Origin: Cenarchaeum sp.
GTDB taxonomy: Archaea; Thermoproteota; Nitrososphaeria; Nitrososphaerales; Nitrosopumilaceae
NCBI GenBank assembly: GCA_963692915.1
Contig: OY843584.1
Span: 1,580,827 to 1,644,826, forward strand
Length of the DNA: 64,000 nucleotides
Direction: 5' to 3'
Part shown: piece after piece, positions 52,170 through 63,258 of the stretch
Layout of the letters: every line of letters starts with the position of its first letter
How positions within the stretch are numbered: position 1 is the stretch's first letter
Notes under the pieces: model-generated
What the model saw: only the letters and a program-made list of their open reading frames with translations
Told to the model about the DNA's origin: nothing
Databases searched by the model: none
Translations under genes and position numbers: made by a program

Positions 52170-54827
52170 CTATGTTTTGGGAACCGGGATTTTAGGATCT
52201 AGTGAGACGGCTTTGGCATATGCAGCCAGCGCATCCTCATGGCGGTCAAGCTTGTCTAGCGCATAGCCCCGCCCAAGATGCGTGGCGGCGTCATTGGAGT
52301 CAAGCCTCAGAGCCGTCTCGTACGCCTCAAGCGCCTCGGTGTGGCGGCCAAGGCCGAACAGCGCAGTTCCCCTGTTCTTGTGCGCAGACGGCTCATCAGT
52401 ATCCAGGCTAACAGCGTAATCGCATGATGCCAGGGCTTCCCGGTAGCGACTCAGGTAGATTAGAGCCACCCCTCGGTTCTTGTGTGATGTGGGGTCAGCA
52501 GAATCCAGCATGATTGCATAATCTAGGGAATCAAGCGCCTCGGCAAAGCGCCCCAAGGAGATCAGAACCGTTCCCTTGCCAAGACGCGCAACGGAAGAAT
52601 CGGGCTCTATTGAGACTGTACTATCAAAGGCCTCGAGCGCCTCGGCGTGGCGGCCGAGCTTGTGTAGTGCATACCCTTTGCTTTGATGGCCAAGCTCACT
52701 TTTGGGATCTAGCTCTATCGCACGGTCAAATGCCGCGAGCGCCTCGTCGTGGCGGCCAAGCAAGTCAAGGGCGGCGCCACGACCCGCGTGGACAATGGCT
52801 AGACCAGAGTCAAGGCCGTTCGCCACGTCAAAGGCTGCGACGGCGCCATCGTGATCGCCTGCAGAGCACAGCGCACGGCCACGATTCGCGTGAATGCGGG
52901 CATCATTTGGGTCTAGCTCTATCGCACGGTCAAATGCCGCGAGTGCCTCGTCGTGGCGGCCAAGCGAGTCAAGGGCGGCACCACGGCCTGCATGGGCCAC
53001 GACCAGACTCGGTGCAATGCTGATCGCCGTATCGAAAGAGACAAGGGCATCGGCGTGGCGTCCGAGTGCGGACAGCGTGACGGCCTTGTTATGGTGCGGT
53101 GAGGGATTTTGTGGTTGCAGGTCGATCGCCACGTCAAAGGCTGCGATGGCATCATCATAGTGTCCCATATCGCGAAGTGCAACTCCGGTGTTAAAGTGTA
53201 TTATGGGCTTGTCAGGCATTAGAGAATTCGCTTTTGTGTATGCTGCTAGCGCCTCGGCGAGGCGGCCGAGGTTGTGGAGGGCAAGGCCACGGTCACTGTG
53301 GACATTTGCGTTATCCGGCTCTAGGGCGATCGCCCGATCTAGCGCCTCTAGGGCCTCGGCGTGGCGACCCAATTCTGCAAGCAACAGGGCACGGTTCACG
53401 TGTACTTGGATATTTGGATCTAGCAATGCAGCGCGATCGAGGGACTGAAGGGCCTCGGCGTGGCGACCAAGGGCACGCAGTATGCTGCTGTGGCTCATAT
53501 GCATACCATAATCATCTAGGCCGAGATTTGCGGCGCGCTCGATGGACTCGAGCGCCTCGGCGTGGCGACCAAAACCAAGCAGGGCATTGGCTATGTCAAA
53601 GTGAATTTTAGCATTGTCTGGGGTCAGTTCGGCGGCGCGCTTGAGGGACTCGAGCGCCTCGGCGTGGCGACCAAGGTGTCCCAATGTGTACGATCTGTTG
53701 ACGTGTGCGCCGGCCATGTTAGGATCTAGCGCAAGTGCATAGTCAAGCGAAGTTAGTGCATCAGAATGGCGTCCAAGATGTGTCTGAGAGATACTCTTGC
53801 CAAAATGCAACTTTGGTGAACGTGAATCAAACGAGATCGCCCTATCAAAGGACTCGATCGCCTCGTCGTGGCGGTCAAGCATTCCCAATGAAGCCGCCAT
53901 GTCTGTGTGTAGGTTGACGTCATTGATCCCCGTCGCCAAGGCGCTCCTCAATGCGTCTAGGGCGTCTGCGTGTCTGTTGAGGAGAAGCAGGCATGCCGCA
54001 CGCTGCCTGAACGCCTCGGCATCACCGGGTTCAATCTCTGTGACGCGGCCAAACGAAGCTGCGGCCTCTTTGTGGCGACCAATATCGACCAGTGTCAAGC
54101 CCTTGTCAAAATGCGTTGTTGCGTCATGTGGATTAAGGGCAAGCGCACGATCAAGATCTAGTAGCGCCGCCTGTGAAGACCCAAGTTGATGATTTGCTAG
54201 GGATCGCATCTTGTAAGAGTGGGGATTTTTTGAGTCAAGCGATATTGCGTGATCTAGGGATACAACTGCCTTGTGGAATTGTTTAAGGTTGTACATGATA
54301 AAACCAATGTTTATGTGTGGCGCAGCATCTTTGGGATCAAGTGTAGCGGCACGATTGAACGATGCAATTGCGTCATTGTGTCTGCCTAGGGCAACTAGCG
54401 CGCTTGCGCGATTTGTGTGCGCGTCAGTGCGTTCTGGCGCTAACGAGATCGCCTGATCAGCGAAATTGAGAGCTTTGTCGTATTTGCCCAGGGCAATTAG
54501 CGCAGTTGCGTGGCTTATGAGCGCATCGGCAGATCGCGGCGCAAGCGAGATGGCCTGGCTAGACGCTGCCAAAGCTTCACTATGGCGACCAATCTTTGAG
54601 AGAATGGCACTCTTGGCAGAGTGAACGCAGGCGTCATTCGGATACAGGATCAGTGCCTGTTCAATTACGGCAAGCGCGCCATCATAGTCTTGTTTGTCGC
54701 ACAAGTGACGGCTCTCCTTGATCTGTGGCTCGGCCTTGCTGCGGCCTGATGTGGAGGTGAGAATTAACGCAAGGGCTACGACTATTCCGCCCAACACCAA
54801 CAGTTCCAGTTTGCTCATACGAGCCAT
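52170..54827 (-). CDS. Large membrane-anchored TPR repeat protein
   Basis: N-terminal TM; more than 20 TPRs (LGRHAEALE) with near-identical DNA units. Confidence 0.94.
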   Translation of the reverse strand: MARMSKLELLVLGGIVVALALILTSTSGRSKAEPQIKESRHLCDKQDYDGALAVIEQALILYPNDACVHSAKSAILSKIGRHSEALAASSQAISLAPRSADALISHATALIALGKYDKALNFADQAISLAPERTDAHTNRASALVALGRHNDAIASFNRAATLDPKDAAPHINIGFIMYNLKQFHKAVVSLDHAISLDSKNPHSYKMRSLANHQLGSSQAALLDLDRALALNPHDATTHFDKGLTLVDIGRHKEAAASFGRVTEIEPGDAEAFRQRAACLLLLNRHADALDALRSALATGINDVNLHTDMAASLGMLDRHDEAIESFDRAISFDSRSPKLHFGKSISQTHLGRHSDALTSLDYALALDPNMAGAHVNRSYTLGHLGRHAEALESLKRAAELTPDNAKIHFDIANALLGFGRHAEALESIERAANLGLDDYGMHMSHSSILRALGRHAEALQSLDRAALLDPNIQVHVNRALLLAELGRHAEALEALDRAIALEPDNANVHSDRGLALHNLGRLAEALAAYTKANSLMPDKPIIHFNTGVALRDMGHYDDAIAAFDVAIDLQPQNPSPHHNKAVTLSALGRHADALVSFDTAISIAPSLVVAHAGRGAALDSLGRHDEALAAFDRAIELDPNDARIHANRGRALCSAGDHDGAVAAFDVANGLDSGLAIVHAGRGAALDLLGRHDEALAAFDRAIELDPKSELGHQSKGYALHKLGRHAEALEAFDSTVSIEPDSSVARLGKGTVLISLGRFAEALDSLDYAIMLDSADPTSHKNRGVALIYLSRYREALASCDYAVSLDTDEPSAHKNRGTALFGLGRHTEALEAYETALRLDSNDAATHLGRGYALDKLDRHEDALAAYAKAVSLDPKIPVPKT

Positions 54828-55032
54828 AAACCATGGCGCCCAATTTAAAGATCACTGGGGGCGTAGCTCCAAAATGCCCATAATTTGACCATTCAGGCAG
54901 GCCTGTGGAAAGCTAGCAGGCCCGTAGCTCAAGACCAGGGAAGTTGACCTGGGTCAATGTACAGGTATGAGCAAAAGCTAATTAAATACTCTAGATATAT
55001 ATGCAAACTAGATTGTGCGGGGAGACTAGAAC

Positions 55033-56235
55033 GTGACAGAAAAGAAAGATGGGGCAGAGGACACACTTGATGCCGAAAGTACAATCCGGATGCACTATTT
55101 GAGAGACAAGATTAGAGACGGGTATTATGTGAATCAGCATATTCCTCTCAGCGTATCGCCGGATGAGATTTCGAGAGCAGAGATCAGCCACGCGTCGCCC
55201 GAATCTACGCAACAATTAATGGTGTGGATGAGATACCTCATACTAGAACTATGGCAGACAGGATTGCTTGATGACAACATGGATGAAATCATAAAAAAGT
55301 TTGATTTAAAAGAACACCATAAACTTTGTGAAATATTAGAGCAAGATGATGACGTTAAAGATTTTGTGCAAAGAATGAGGCAGAGGTTCAGTACTCACGC
55401 AAGCTTTACATCAGAAAAAGCAGTGGAAGAGATAGAATCACTCGGATTTAGAAAACTATGGAAGTACGTGCTATTGATAATATTATTCAAGGACGCCATA
55501 AGAACAGTTTGTTACAAGCCGTGTGATATAAATCTGGAAGAATTAAACACGGGGAAATATATTGTGCCACCAGATGAAATAATAACAGAGACAAAAAGAC
55601 AAAAATTAAAATTGTTTTATGACAAGATGAGTTTTGATATTGAATTAGAAAAATATGACAAAGCTCGAATAATGCGAGACTGTGCAATATGTCTAAACAT
55701 AATGAGAGACGACTTAATGATTGCGACAAAGCTTCATAGGTGTTATGGTACAGAAGAAACTTTGATATTGTATGTAAATGCAATATATAATATGAAATAT
55801 ATGATTTTAGAGTTACATGAATTTATCAAACATTGTGACGAACTCAAAATTCCATCTAGTCTAGGATTTATGACGCGAAAGAAAAAATATAAAGAAATTC
55901 GAGGTCAGTATTCAGCCCATCGCGATAAGGACGAACGAATAACGAGTATCATGCAGTTGTTTGAGGATCCTGATCGTTGGTCTAATGTGGTACAGGATGT
56001 GGAAGAAGCGACTATACTTTCGAAAAAACTGTTTCCCAATATGAAAATTAATTCTAAACTCCGATTGCCAACAAAATCACAAATTGTTGAAATTAAACAA
56101 GAGATTGAGGATGTGCGACTAGCCTGTCATAAACAATATGATGGCAAGTTTATAGATGGCGAGTACGACAAAAAATGCCAAAAAATCCGTAGGCAGGTTG
56201 GCAAGGCATTGAACCTAAACTACCAAAAACAATAG
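55033..56235 (+). CDS. AT-rich hypothetical protein with possible HEPN R-x5-H motif
   Basis: 400-aa ORF; EIRGQYSAH. Confidence 0.7.
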   Translation: MTEKKDGAEDTLDAESTIRMHYLRDKIRDGYYVNQHIPLSVSPDEISRAEISHASPESTQQLMVWMRYLILELWQTGLLDDNMDEIIKKFDLKEHHKLCEILEQDDDVKDFVQRMRQRFSTHASFTSEKAVEEIESLGFRKLWKYVLLIILFKDAIRTVCYKPCDINLEELNTGKYIVPPDEIITETKRQKLKLFYDKMSFDIELEKYDKARIMRDCAICLNIMRDDLMIATKLHRCYGTEETLILYVNAIYNMKYMILELHEFIKHCDELKIPSSLGFMTRKKKYKEIRGQYSAHRDKDERITSIMQLFEDPDRWSNVVQDVEEATILSKKLFPNMKINSKLRLPTKSQIVEIKQEIEDVRLACHKQYDGKFIDGEYDKKCQKIRRQVGKALNLNYQKQ

Positions 56236-56620
56236 CTCATACTGTGATCAGATTTGTCCAACATTCTAGTCACGTAGATTAATCCATTTGACGAATGGTG
56301 TATACGAGAGGGCGTTGGTTTAGGGAGGCAAATCGTGGTAAAACTGACAACCGGTAAGGGCTCACAAACATAAAATCAGAAACGGCAGTACGTAGAATAT
56401 GCAAAGATTGGTGGTCGGAGTCTTGCCTACGCGGCCATCTCTAGGTCTTTTACGTCAAATCCCTCGACGAGGCGCCACTCCTGTCCTTCCGGCATAGTCG
56501 ACTCAAAGACCATCTCGGTACGCTCGATTATGCCAATCCTCTCGGCCGCGGCGATCGCGTCCCATGCCTCTTCCCCGGTGAGCTTTCCTACGAGGCGCGT
56601 CATGAGCTCAGCCGATTGCA

Positions 56621-56872
56621 GTGGGTCATAGATCTCCGGCCCCCGTTGTCCTCAACGCGACTGTCGAGTCGCTGCTCAACGCAAGGCAGGGTTGGTGGAC
56701 GTCAATGTCTGCCCACGAGCGCGCCGACTGGTACGGCCGAGTCAACGTGGCGTACCAGATGGCGACGCGGCTTGGGGACTCTGAGGCGCAGGGCCGCCTG
56801 GACGGCCTGGTCGGCGAGCTCGAGGGTGACAAGTACGAGTATAGCGGCTCGTGGAGATGGGGAGACGCCTAG
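56621..56872 (+). CDS. Small hypothetical protein at the island edge
   Basis: GC-rich 83-aa ORF; T-rich tract downstream. Confidence 0.4.
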   Translation: MGHRSPAPVVLNATVESLLNARQGWWTSMSAHERADWYGRVNVAYQMATRLGDSEAQGRLDGLVGELEGDKYEYSGSWRWGDA

Positions 56873-57017
56873 AAACCGCCATTGTCCCGGACCCCTGGGG
56901 TTTTTCTTGGGTTTTTTTGGCTGTTTTTACGGTTGGTGGCTTTTCGTGGGGCTTGGTGCGCTGTGGGGTTTTTGCCCCTTGCCTGTGGGGTGCGTGAATG
57001 TATGAGTTGTCCATTAT

Positions 57018-57028
57018 GGTTATATACT
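57018..57028 (+). promoter_or_regulatory. TATA box of S-layer gene copy 1
   Basis: GGTTATATA, also conserved upstream of copy 2 at about 63222-63230. Confidence 0.55.
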
Positions 57029-57054
57029 CATCTTGGCGACGTTTCTCTCGTAGA

Positions 57055-60000
57055 ATGTCCGGAAAGGCAGGCAAGGCAACAAGCGTGTTCCTAATGGCGA
57101 TCATGGTCGCCGGAGGGCTGACGTTCGCCATCCCCGGCGTGCAGCCGGCGATGGCGCAGTCGACGAACGCCAACCTCTCCGTCTCGGCCGAGAGCACGGC
57201 CTTTGGCAACTACTTCTCCGGCCCGCAGGTCGTCGAGATCGTCATAGTGGATCCGGCCATAGACGAGACCAACGAGGCCAAGGGTGAGCCGGACGTAAAG
57301 CTGAACGGCAAGAAGGTCAGGATGATACAGGCGACGGACGGCAAGTGGTACGCCTACGTCGCCAACAAGGCGCAGGCCGAGCTGGCCGACGGTACTGCCG
57401 ACGCCAACCCTGGGCAGGGGCTTGACTTTGGCACCATATGCCTGGACACGGGCGACGCCGATCGCGTCCTGGAGACGGCGCTGGATGCCAACGCTGGATA
57501 CTTTTCTGACACGACGGGCGTGGCATTCCCGTTCCAGCAGGCGACCTACTCGTCAGACACCGACACGGATCCTACCCCGATCGCCACGGATTGCACCGTC
57601 GCCGAGCAAGTCACCGCGGGGCTCAGGGCGGTGACATCGAGTGAGCTCACCGCCAGCACGACGACGATGAACGTCGTGCGCGAGCCCAGGGCGGTGAACA
57701 CGAACCAAAACGCCGAGTTTGGCCAGAGCGTCGTCATCGAAAACCCCGTGACGGACGAGGCCCGCGCCGGCGTGTGGCCTTTCATACAGCTCTTCGACTT
57801 CAGCCAGGGCGGCAACGTGGAGGTCCAGTACCGCCGCGGCGGCGGCACCCAGTCGGTCACGCTCAACTACGACACCGTCGAGGACTATGCGTCCCTCTCG
57901 CTCCTGGACCGCACGACGTTCCCCGGCGGCGGCGCGCAGGTCCACTTTGAGATAACAGACACGTGGCTCGACGTCGACCCTACCGACGAGGACTCGTGGA
58001 CGTGGGACGTGGAGGGTCCCGACGAGGGCAGGGTCGTCTACCAGGCCTTTGACGAGAACGGCGTGCGCCAGGACAACGCGGTGGACATATCCGCCGAGCT
58101 CTCGGGGCTAATGTGCGACACCAACTGCCTGCTAAGGCTCGACCGCGACACCAACGGCTACGACGTCCTCGAGTACGCCGACAACGACGACAGCGGCCTG
58201 CGCCTGTTCGGCACGGCCGACGACGCGGCGGCCGACCAGCTGATCACGGTCACCGAGACGAGCTCCTCCAGCGGCGTCTTCACGTCCTACGACGAGAACG
58301 ACAAGTCGGTCCTGGTCACCGCGTCGGATGACGCCACGACGACCGCCGTCGAGCCGCCGAGGGACACCACGGCGACCATAGACTACAACGAGACGCCCCA
58401 GAGCGTGTCCATAGGCTACGCCTTTGCGACCATACAGATCCAGCCCACCGGCGACGCTTGGCTCTCCGGCCAGGAGATACCGGTCGTCCTGACGGACGCC
58501 GACGCAAACCGCAACAGCCTGGCCGACGAGGACCTCGACGTGCTGGACGCCACCCACATCATACCGACGCTCGTGACGGGCAGCCCGATCACCCTGGCCG
58601 GCGCCTCCGCGGTCGCCGTAGCCGCTAGCGCCCTGACCACGGCCAGCGGGACTGCGTACACCGCCTCCTCGCTGTTTGACAGCGGCGCCGGCGCGCTCAC
58701 GGTGGATTCTGATGCGGCGGATCCGTCGCTTAGGGCAACGGTGGACTCTGACTCGTCGGACCCGATGCAGACCATGATCATAGACTACGGCACTGCCGCG
58801 TCACACCACTCCGCGGGCACGGTCACGACGGTCTTCAACTATGACTTTGGCAACCTCGAGTTCGCCGAAACCGTGGCCACGTCTGACCGTAACGTCGACG
58901 TCTACGCGCTGGTTGGCACGGGGGCCACGATCTTTGCATCAAACACGCACCTTGACGGCGTCACGCCGTACGTGATCGAGACCGACGCGGCGCTAAGGGG
59001 CACGGTGTTGCTGCCCGAAGCAGCGCGCACGCAGCTGGCTGGCGCAGGCACGTCGCTTGGCCTCATGGCGCAATTTGGGGCCAACGTTCCCGAGCCGGGC
59101 GATCCAGTCATACTCATCGCCGACGTCATGTCCTTCGGCTTCACCGACGACGGCGTCGAGTCCGGGGAGCGCATAGCCAACCAGGTGGTGCGCCTCGAGC
59201 TCGAGGAGAGCGGGGACAACACGGGCCTCTTTGAGGGCACGCTCGAGTACGCCATGGTCAACCAGCTCAGCATCGCCGACTCCTCGACGTACTCGGGCCT
59301 GGCCCTCATCGACGACGAGGCCACGCTCATCGCGATCGAGGACCTCACCGACGAGGACACGCTCACGGTCACCTACAACGACCTCGGCCGCGACGGCGTC
59401 GTGACGCCCGTCTCGGACGACAAGGCAGCCCCGTCGCACTCGGGCACCGTCTCGCTGGACGCGACGAGCTACAAGATAGCCGACACGGTCACCGTCACGC
59501 TCCGCGACGCCGACCTCAACACGAGCTCCGACACGACGGAGGTCTACACGATACCGGCCACCAAGGACTACGTCGGCATGTCCGACGCCACGTACGACGT
59601 CGTGCACAGCTTTGGCGCGCTCGGCCGCATGGCGGACATCACGTTTGACGACTCGGAGTGGGGGGCAGGCACGTGCACGGGCCTCGGCTCGTCGGACAAC
59701 GGCCTGCGCGCCACGGGCTTCACGCTCCGCGAGACGTCTGCGGCCTCGGGCGTCTTTGAGGGCGACTTCCAGATACCGTCAAGGTGGTGCGCGCCGGGCG
59801 AGGCGGCCGCCGAGTCGGTCACGGGCCTGGACATCGAGGTCAACTATGTCGACTACCGCGACGCGTCGGGCGAGATAATCGAGGTCGGCGACGGCGCGGG
59901 CGTGCGAGCCAACACGGGCTCCGTGTCGCTTGACCGCCCTGTTTACCCTGTGCCGTTCGGCGCAGACGGGGAGGGGTCAAACTTCCAGACGTACGGCATC

Positions 60001-62106
60001 GCGGGCAACGAGCGCGCGAGGCTCTCGGCGCACGACGTGACCGTCCACGTGCGCGTCTCGGACCCTGACTTTGACGTCTCGGCGTCCGGCTCGGACACGC
60101 TCGGCGAGACGGTTGCGCGCACGACCGGCGAGGGCGACGCGTACGGCCCGCTCAGGATATCGGTGCAGAGGGGATCCGACAATGTCGTCCTCGGCTACGC
60201 CGGCGGGCCGACGGCGCTGGGCGAGACAGTCCCGGGCGACAACCCCGCCGACGGGGACAGGCTGGTTCGCCCGCTCGCCGAGGTCTTTTCGCCCTACGCC
60301 GACAACCCGACGCGCACGATAGCGCACACTGGCGGCTCTGCGACGTACACGCAGGCCAACTCCATAGAGCACGGCCCGCTCACCGAGACGGCTCCGTCCT
60401 CGGGCACCTTTGAGCTCGACCTCGGCATATCGTGGGACCAGGGCCCGCCCTCCAGCGAGTGCCCCGGCGGCCTCGCGACGTCCACGTGCATCCTCCAGGG
60501 CGACATCCTCGTCGTGGAGTACACCGACCCCGCCGACGCCTCGGGCAACCCGCAGACGGTGACGGACTCGGCGACCTTTGACATGCGCAACGCGGTCCTG
60601 CGCTCGGACAAGTCCGTCTACATCATCGGCTCCGACATGATACTCACGCTCATCGAGCCCGACCTCGACCTCGACAACGACACGGCCGAGACGTACACGC
60701 TCGACCTGATAGAGTGGGACGACGACGACTCCGTAGTGACCCTGCGCAACAACGCCTTTGACCCCGAGCCGACCTCGCTGCGCGAGACGGGCGACTCGAC
60801 GGGCATCTTCCAGGTCGTAGTCGAGATACCCGCCACGCTCACCACCGACGGCGGCCGCGAGGACGACCTCGAGCGAGGAGAGGAGATAGAGCTGACCTAC
60901 CAGGACTGGAGCCCCGCCGGCGCCGACTATGTCGGGCAGACCGACGAGGAGATAGAGTGGTCGATATTCACGTCGGACTTTGGCGCGACGATCGAGCTCG
61001 ACCAGGCCGTCTACACGTGGACCGACAAGGTCTTCATCACAGTAGTTGCCCCCGACCACAACTTTGACAGCAACCTCATCGACGAGATAGGCGACACGAC
61101 CGAGGACCCGCTCCAGGTCTCCACGCGCGAGGGCGGCACGCTTGACAACTACCGCCTCACCGAGACGGGCACCGACACGGGCATATTCAGCGGCGAGGTC
61201 ATACTCACCGGGTTCGAGCACGACGCCGACGGCGACGGCAGCACGGGCACCAGCGGCAACGACAGGCTCAACCTGCCGGCCAGGGGCAACGGCCCGACTG
61301 ACGGGATGATAGCTGCCGACGACGACGACGGCATCACGGTATCGTACGAGTACAACGACGACGAGCACGTCATAGGCTCGGCGCTCATACGCTGGAACGT
61401 GGGCGACACGCAGTGGCTCGAGGCCAGCTATCCCGCGTCCGGCTCCGGAGTGGTCAGGGTCGTCGACCCCGACATGAACTGGAACCCCGAGGCAGTCGAC
61501 AACTTTGAGGTCGACGTCTACTCGGACGCAGACGCCGGCGGCATAAACCTCACGGTCACCGAGACGCAGGAGGCCTCGGGCATCTTCGAGGGCACCGTCA
61601 TCTTCACGCTCACCGACCAGTCCTCGGGCCACCGCCTCAGGGTCGCCGAGGGCGACACCGTCACGGCGCGCTATGACGACAACACCCTGCCCGACCCCTA
61701 CACGCGCAACGACGAGCTAGAGGTCGAGGGCACCACGATAATCGGCACGCTCGTGCCACCGCTCGAGAGGGCCGTCGTGAGCAACGTGCGCCTGACTGAC
61801 AACTCGGGCAACCCGCTGGACACCGTCGCCGTCGGCCAGCAGGTCCAGGTGACCGGCCAGGTCACGAGCGGCCAGGAGACCGAGCAGGCCTACGCCTACC
61901 TCGTGCAGGTCAACGACTCGAGCGACGTCACGCTCTCGCTCACGTGGACCAGCGGCACGCTCAACGCGGGCCAGTCCCTCACGCCGTCGATGTCCTGGCA
62001 GCCGACTGCGGCCGGCGAGTACACGGCGACGGTCTTCGTCTGGGAGTCCATCGACAACCCCACGGCGCTCTCGCCGCAGGCAGAGCTGCCCTTCACGGTC
62101 GGCTAG
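57055..62106 (+). CDS. slaA: Thaumarchaeal S-layer protein (SlaA-like)
   Basis: Signal peptide IMVAGGLTFAIPG; NANLSVSAE..FSGPQVVE..GEPDV..QATDG.WYAY; repeated L.ETG..TG.F.G; C-terminal VFVWESIDNPTALSP. Confidence 0.9.
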   Translation: MSGKAGKATSVFLMAIMVAGGLTFAIPGVQPAMAQSTNANLSVSAESTAFGNYFSGPQVVEIVIVDPAIDETNEAKGEPDVKLNGKKVRMIQATDGKWYAYVANKAQAELADGTADANPGQGLDFGTICLDTGDADRVLETALDANAGYFSDTTGVAFPFQQATYSSDTDTDPTPIATDCTVAEQVTAGLRAVTSSELTASTTTMNVVREPRAVNTNQNAEFGQSVVIENPVTDEARAGVWPFIQLFDFSQGGNVEVQYRRGGGTQSVTLNYDTVEDYASLSLLDRTTFPGGGAQVHFEITDTWLDVDPTDEDSWTWDVEGPDEGRVVYQAFDENGVRQDNAVDISAELSGLMCDTNCLLRLDRDTNGYDVLEYADNDDSGLRLFGTADDAAADQLITVTETSSSSGVFTSYDENDKSVLVTASDDATTTAVEPPRDTTATIDYNETPQSVSIGYAFATIQIQPTGDAWLSGQEIPVVLTDADANRNSLADEDLDVLDATHIIPTLVTGSPITLAGASAVAVAASALTTASGTAYTASSLFDSGAGALTVDSDAADPSLRATVDSDSSDPMQTMIIDYGTAASHHSAGTVTTVFNYDFGNLEFAETVATSDRNVDVYALVGTGATIFASNTHLDGVTPYVIETDAALRGTVLLPEAARTQLAGAGTSLGLMAQFGANVPEPGDPVILIADVMSFGFTDDGVESGERIANQVVRLELEESGDNTGLFEGTLEYAMVNQLSIADSSTYSGLALIDDEATLIAIEDLTDEDTLTVTYNDLGRDGVVTPVSDDKAAPSHSGTVSLDATSYKIADTVTVTLRDADLNTSSDTTEVYTIPATKDYVGMSDATYDVVHSFGALGRMADITFDDSEWGAGTCTGLGSSDNGLRATGFTLRETSAASGVFEGDFQIPSRWCAPGEAAAESVTGLDIEVNYVDYRDASGEIIEVGDGAGVRANTGSVSLDRPVYPVPFGADGEGSNFQTYGIAGNERARLSAHDVTVHVRVSDPDFDVSASGSDTLGETVARTTGEGDAYGPLRISVQRGSDNVVLGYAGGPTALGETVPGDNPADGDRLVRPLAEVFSPYADNPTRTIAHTGGSATYTQANSIEHGPLTETAPSSGTFELDLGISWDQGPPSSECPGGLATSTCILQGDILVVEYTDPADASGNPQTVTDSATFDMRNAVLRSDKSVYIIGSDMILTLIEPDLDLDNDTAETYTLDLIEWDDDDSVVTLRNNAFDPEPTSLRETGDSTGIFQVVVEIPATLTTDGGREDDLERGEEIELTYQDWSPAGADYVGQTDEEIEWSIFTSDFGATIELDQAVYTWTDKVFITVVAPDHNFDSNLIDEIGDTTEDPLQVSTREGGTLDNYRLTETGTDTGIFSGEVILTGFEHDADGDGSTGTSGNDRLNLPARGNGPTDGMIAADDDDGITVSYEYNDDEHVIGSALIRWNVGDTQWLEASYPASGSGVVRVVDPDMNWNPEAVDNFEVDVYSDADAGGINLTVTETQEASGIFEGTVIFTLTDQSSGHRLRVAEGDTVTARYDDNTLPDPYTRNDELEVEGTTIIGTLVPPLERAVVSNVRLTDNSGNPLDTVAVGQQVQVTGQVTSGQETEQAYAYLVQVNDSSDVTLSLTWTSGTLNAGQSLTPSMSWQPTAAGEYTATVFVWESIDNPTALSPQAELPFTVG

Positions 62107-62141
62107 GCCGGCTCGCTGGCGCCTTGGAAGTAGATTCTCGA

Positions 62142-63059
62142 ATGGGTGCCCTGCGCGGCGCCGACGCTCTGATCTTTGACTGCGACGGCGTGCTCGTCGA
62201 CGTGTCTGCCTCGTACGACGCGACGATCGCGCTGACCGTGGGGCGCCTGCTGGGCAAGCTCGGCGCGCGAGCGCGCCTCGACGTAGACCGGCCGCTGATC
62301 GAGGGCTTCAAGGCCACCGGCGGGTTCAACGACGAGGTCGACCTGGCGTACGCGGCGGTCCTGTGCGCGGTGGCCGCCGGACTCTCGGGGCGCGGCGCGC
62401 GCGGGCTGGCCGCCGGCATGTGCGCCTCGATGGGTTCCGGCGGCATCGCGGAGGCCGAGCGCCTGCTCGCGGAGGTCGCCGACATCGCGCCGGCAGTCAG
62501 GGAGCTCGCCCACCCCGGCGCGGGGAGCGCGGTGAGCGCCGCCTTTAACAGGATCTTTTACGGCCCGCGGCTCCGCCCGCGGCTGTTCGGCGCCGGCGAG
62601 CCGCCCGGCGGGCACGGCATGGTCGAGTCTGACGCCCTGATCGTCGACGTGGCCACGGTGAGCCTGCTGCGGGGAGTCACTGGCCGCAGGCCGGCGGTGG
62701 TCACGGGCCGCGGGCGCGCCGCCTTTGAGCACACCGTCAGGGAGCCTCTCCGATCAGGGTTTGACCTCGGCGCCTCGGCGTTCCTGGAGGACGAGCCGCG
62801 CAGCCTCGCAAAGCCGGCCCCCGAGGCGCTCGTCCGGGCGATCCGCGGCCTCGGCTGCGAGCGCGCGGTCTACGTGGGCGACTCGATGGAGGACCTGCTG
62901 ATGGCCAGGGCGGCTGCGCGCTCAGGCCGCCCCGTCGCGTTCTGCGGAGTCACGGGCACCGCGGCCGACCCCGCCGCGCGGCGCCTCATGTTCGAGCGCG
63001 CCGGCGCCGAGGCGACGGTGGGCTCGGCGGCGGACGTCGCGCCGCTGCTGCGCGCATAG
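62142..63059 (+). CDS. HAD-family hydrolase
   Basis: IFDCDGVLVD, VTGR, KP.P, YVGDSMED motifs. Confidence 0.9.
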   Translation: MGALRGADALIFDCDGVLVDVSASYDATIALTVGRLLGKLGARARLDVDRPLIEGFKATGGFNDEVDLAYAAVLCAVAAGLSGRGARGLAAGMCASMGSGGIAEAERLLAEVADIAPAVRELAHPGAGSAVSAAFNRIFYGPRLRPRLFGAGEPPGGHGMVESDALIVDVATVSLLRGVTGRRPAVVTGRGRAAFEHTVREPLRSGFDLGASAFLEDEPRSLAKPAPEALVRAIRGLGCERAVYVGDSMEDLLMARAAARSGRPVAFCGVTGTAADPAARRLMFERAGAEATVGSAADVAPLLRA

Positions 63060-63258
63060 GCGCAGCCTCGCCGCCTGGAGGGAGTTTCTGCCACCCGGCG
63101 GCGATCACGCGCACGGCATATGGAGATCCTGCGGGTTTGGCGCGATTTTCCGCGCGTTTTGGCCCACACGCCCAAATGCGTGCTGCGCATGGGCGGGCAT
63201 CGCGGTCAAATCGTCCATCAGGGTTATATAGTCATCCTGGGCACCCCTGTCCTGTAGA

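Noticed and set aside
56236-57000. tRNA or att site at the island boundary
   Set aside because: No cloverleaf or direct repeat identifiable by eye, and the left boundary lies outside the window
59977-61632. 551-aa minus-strand ORF
   Set aside because: Antisense shadow of the GC-rich S-layer gene
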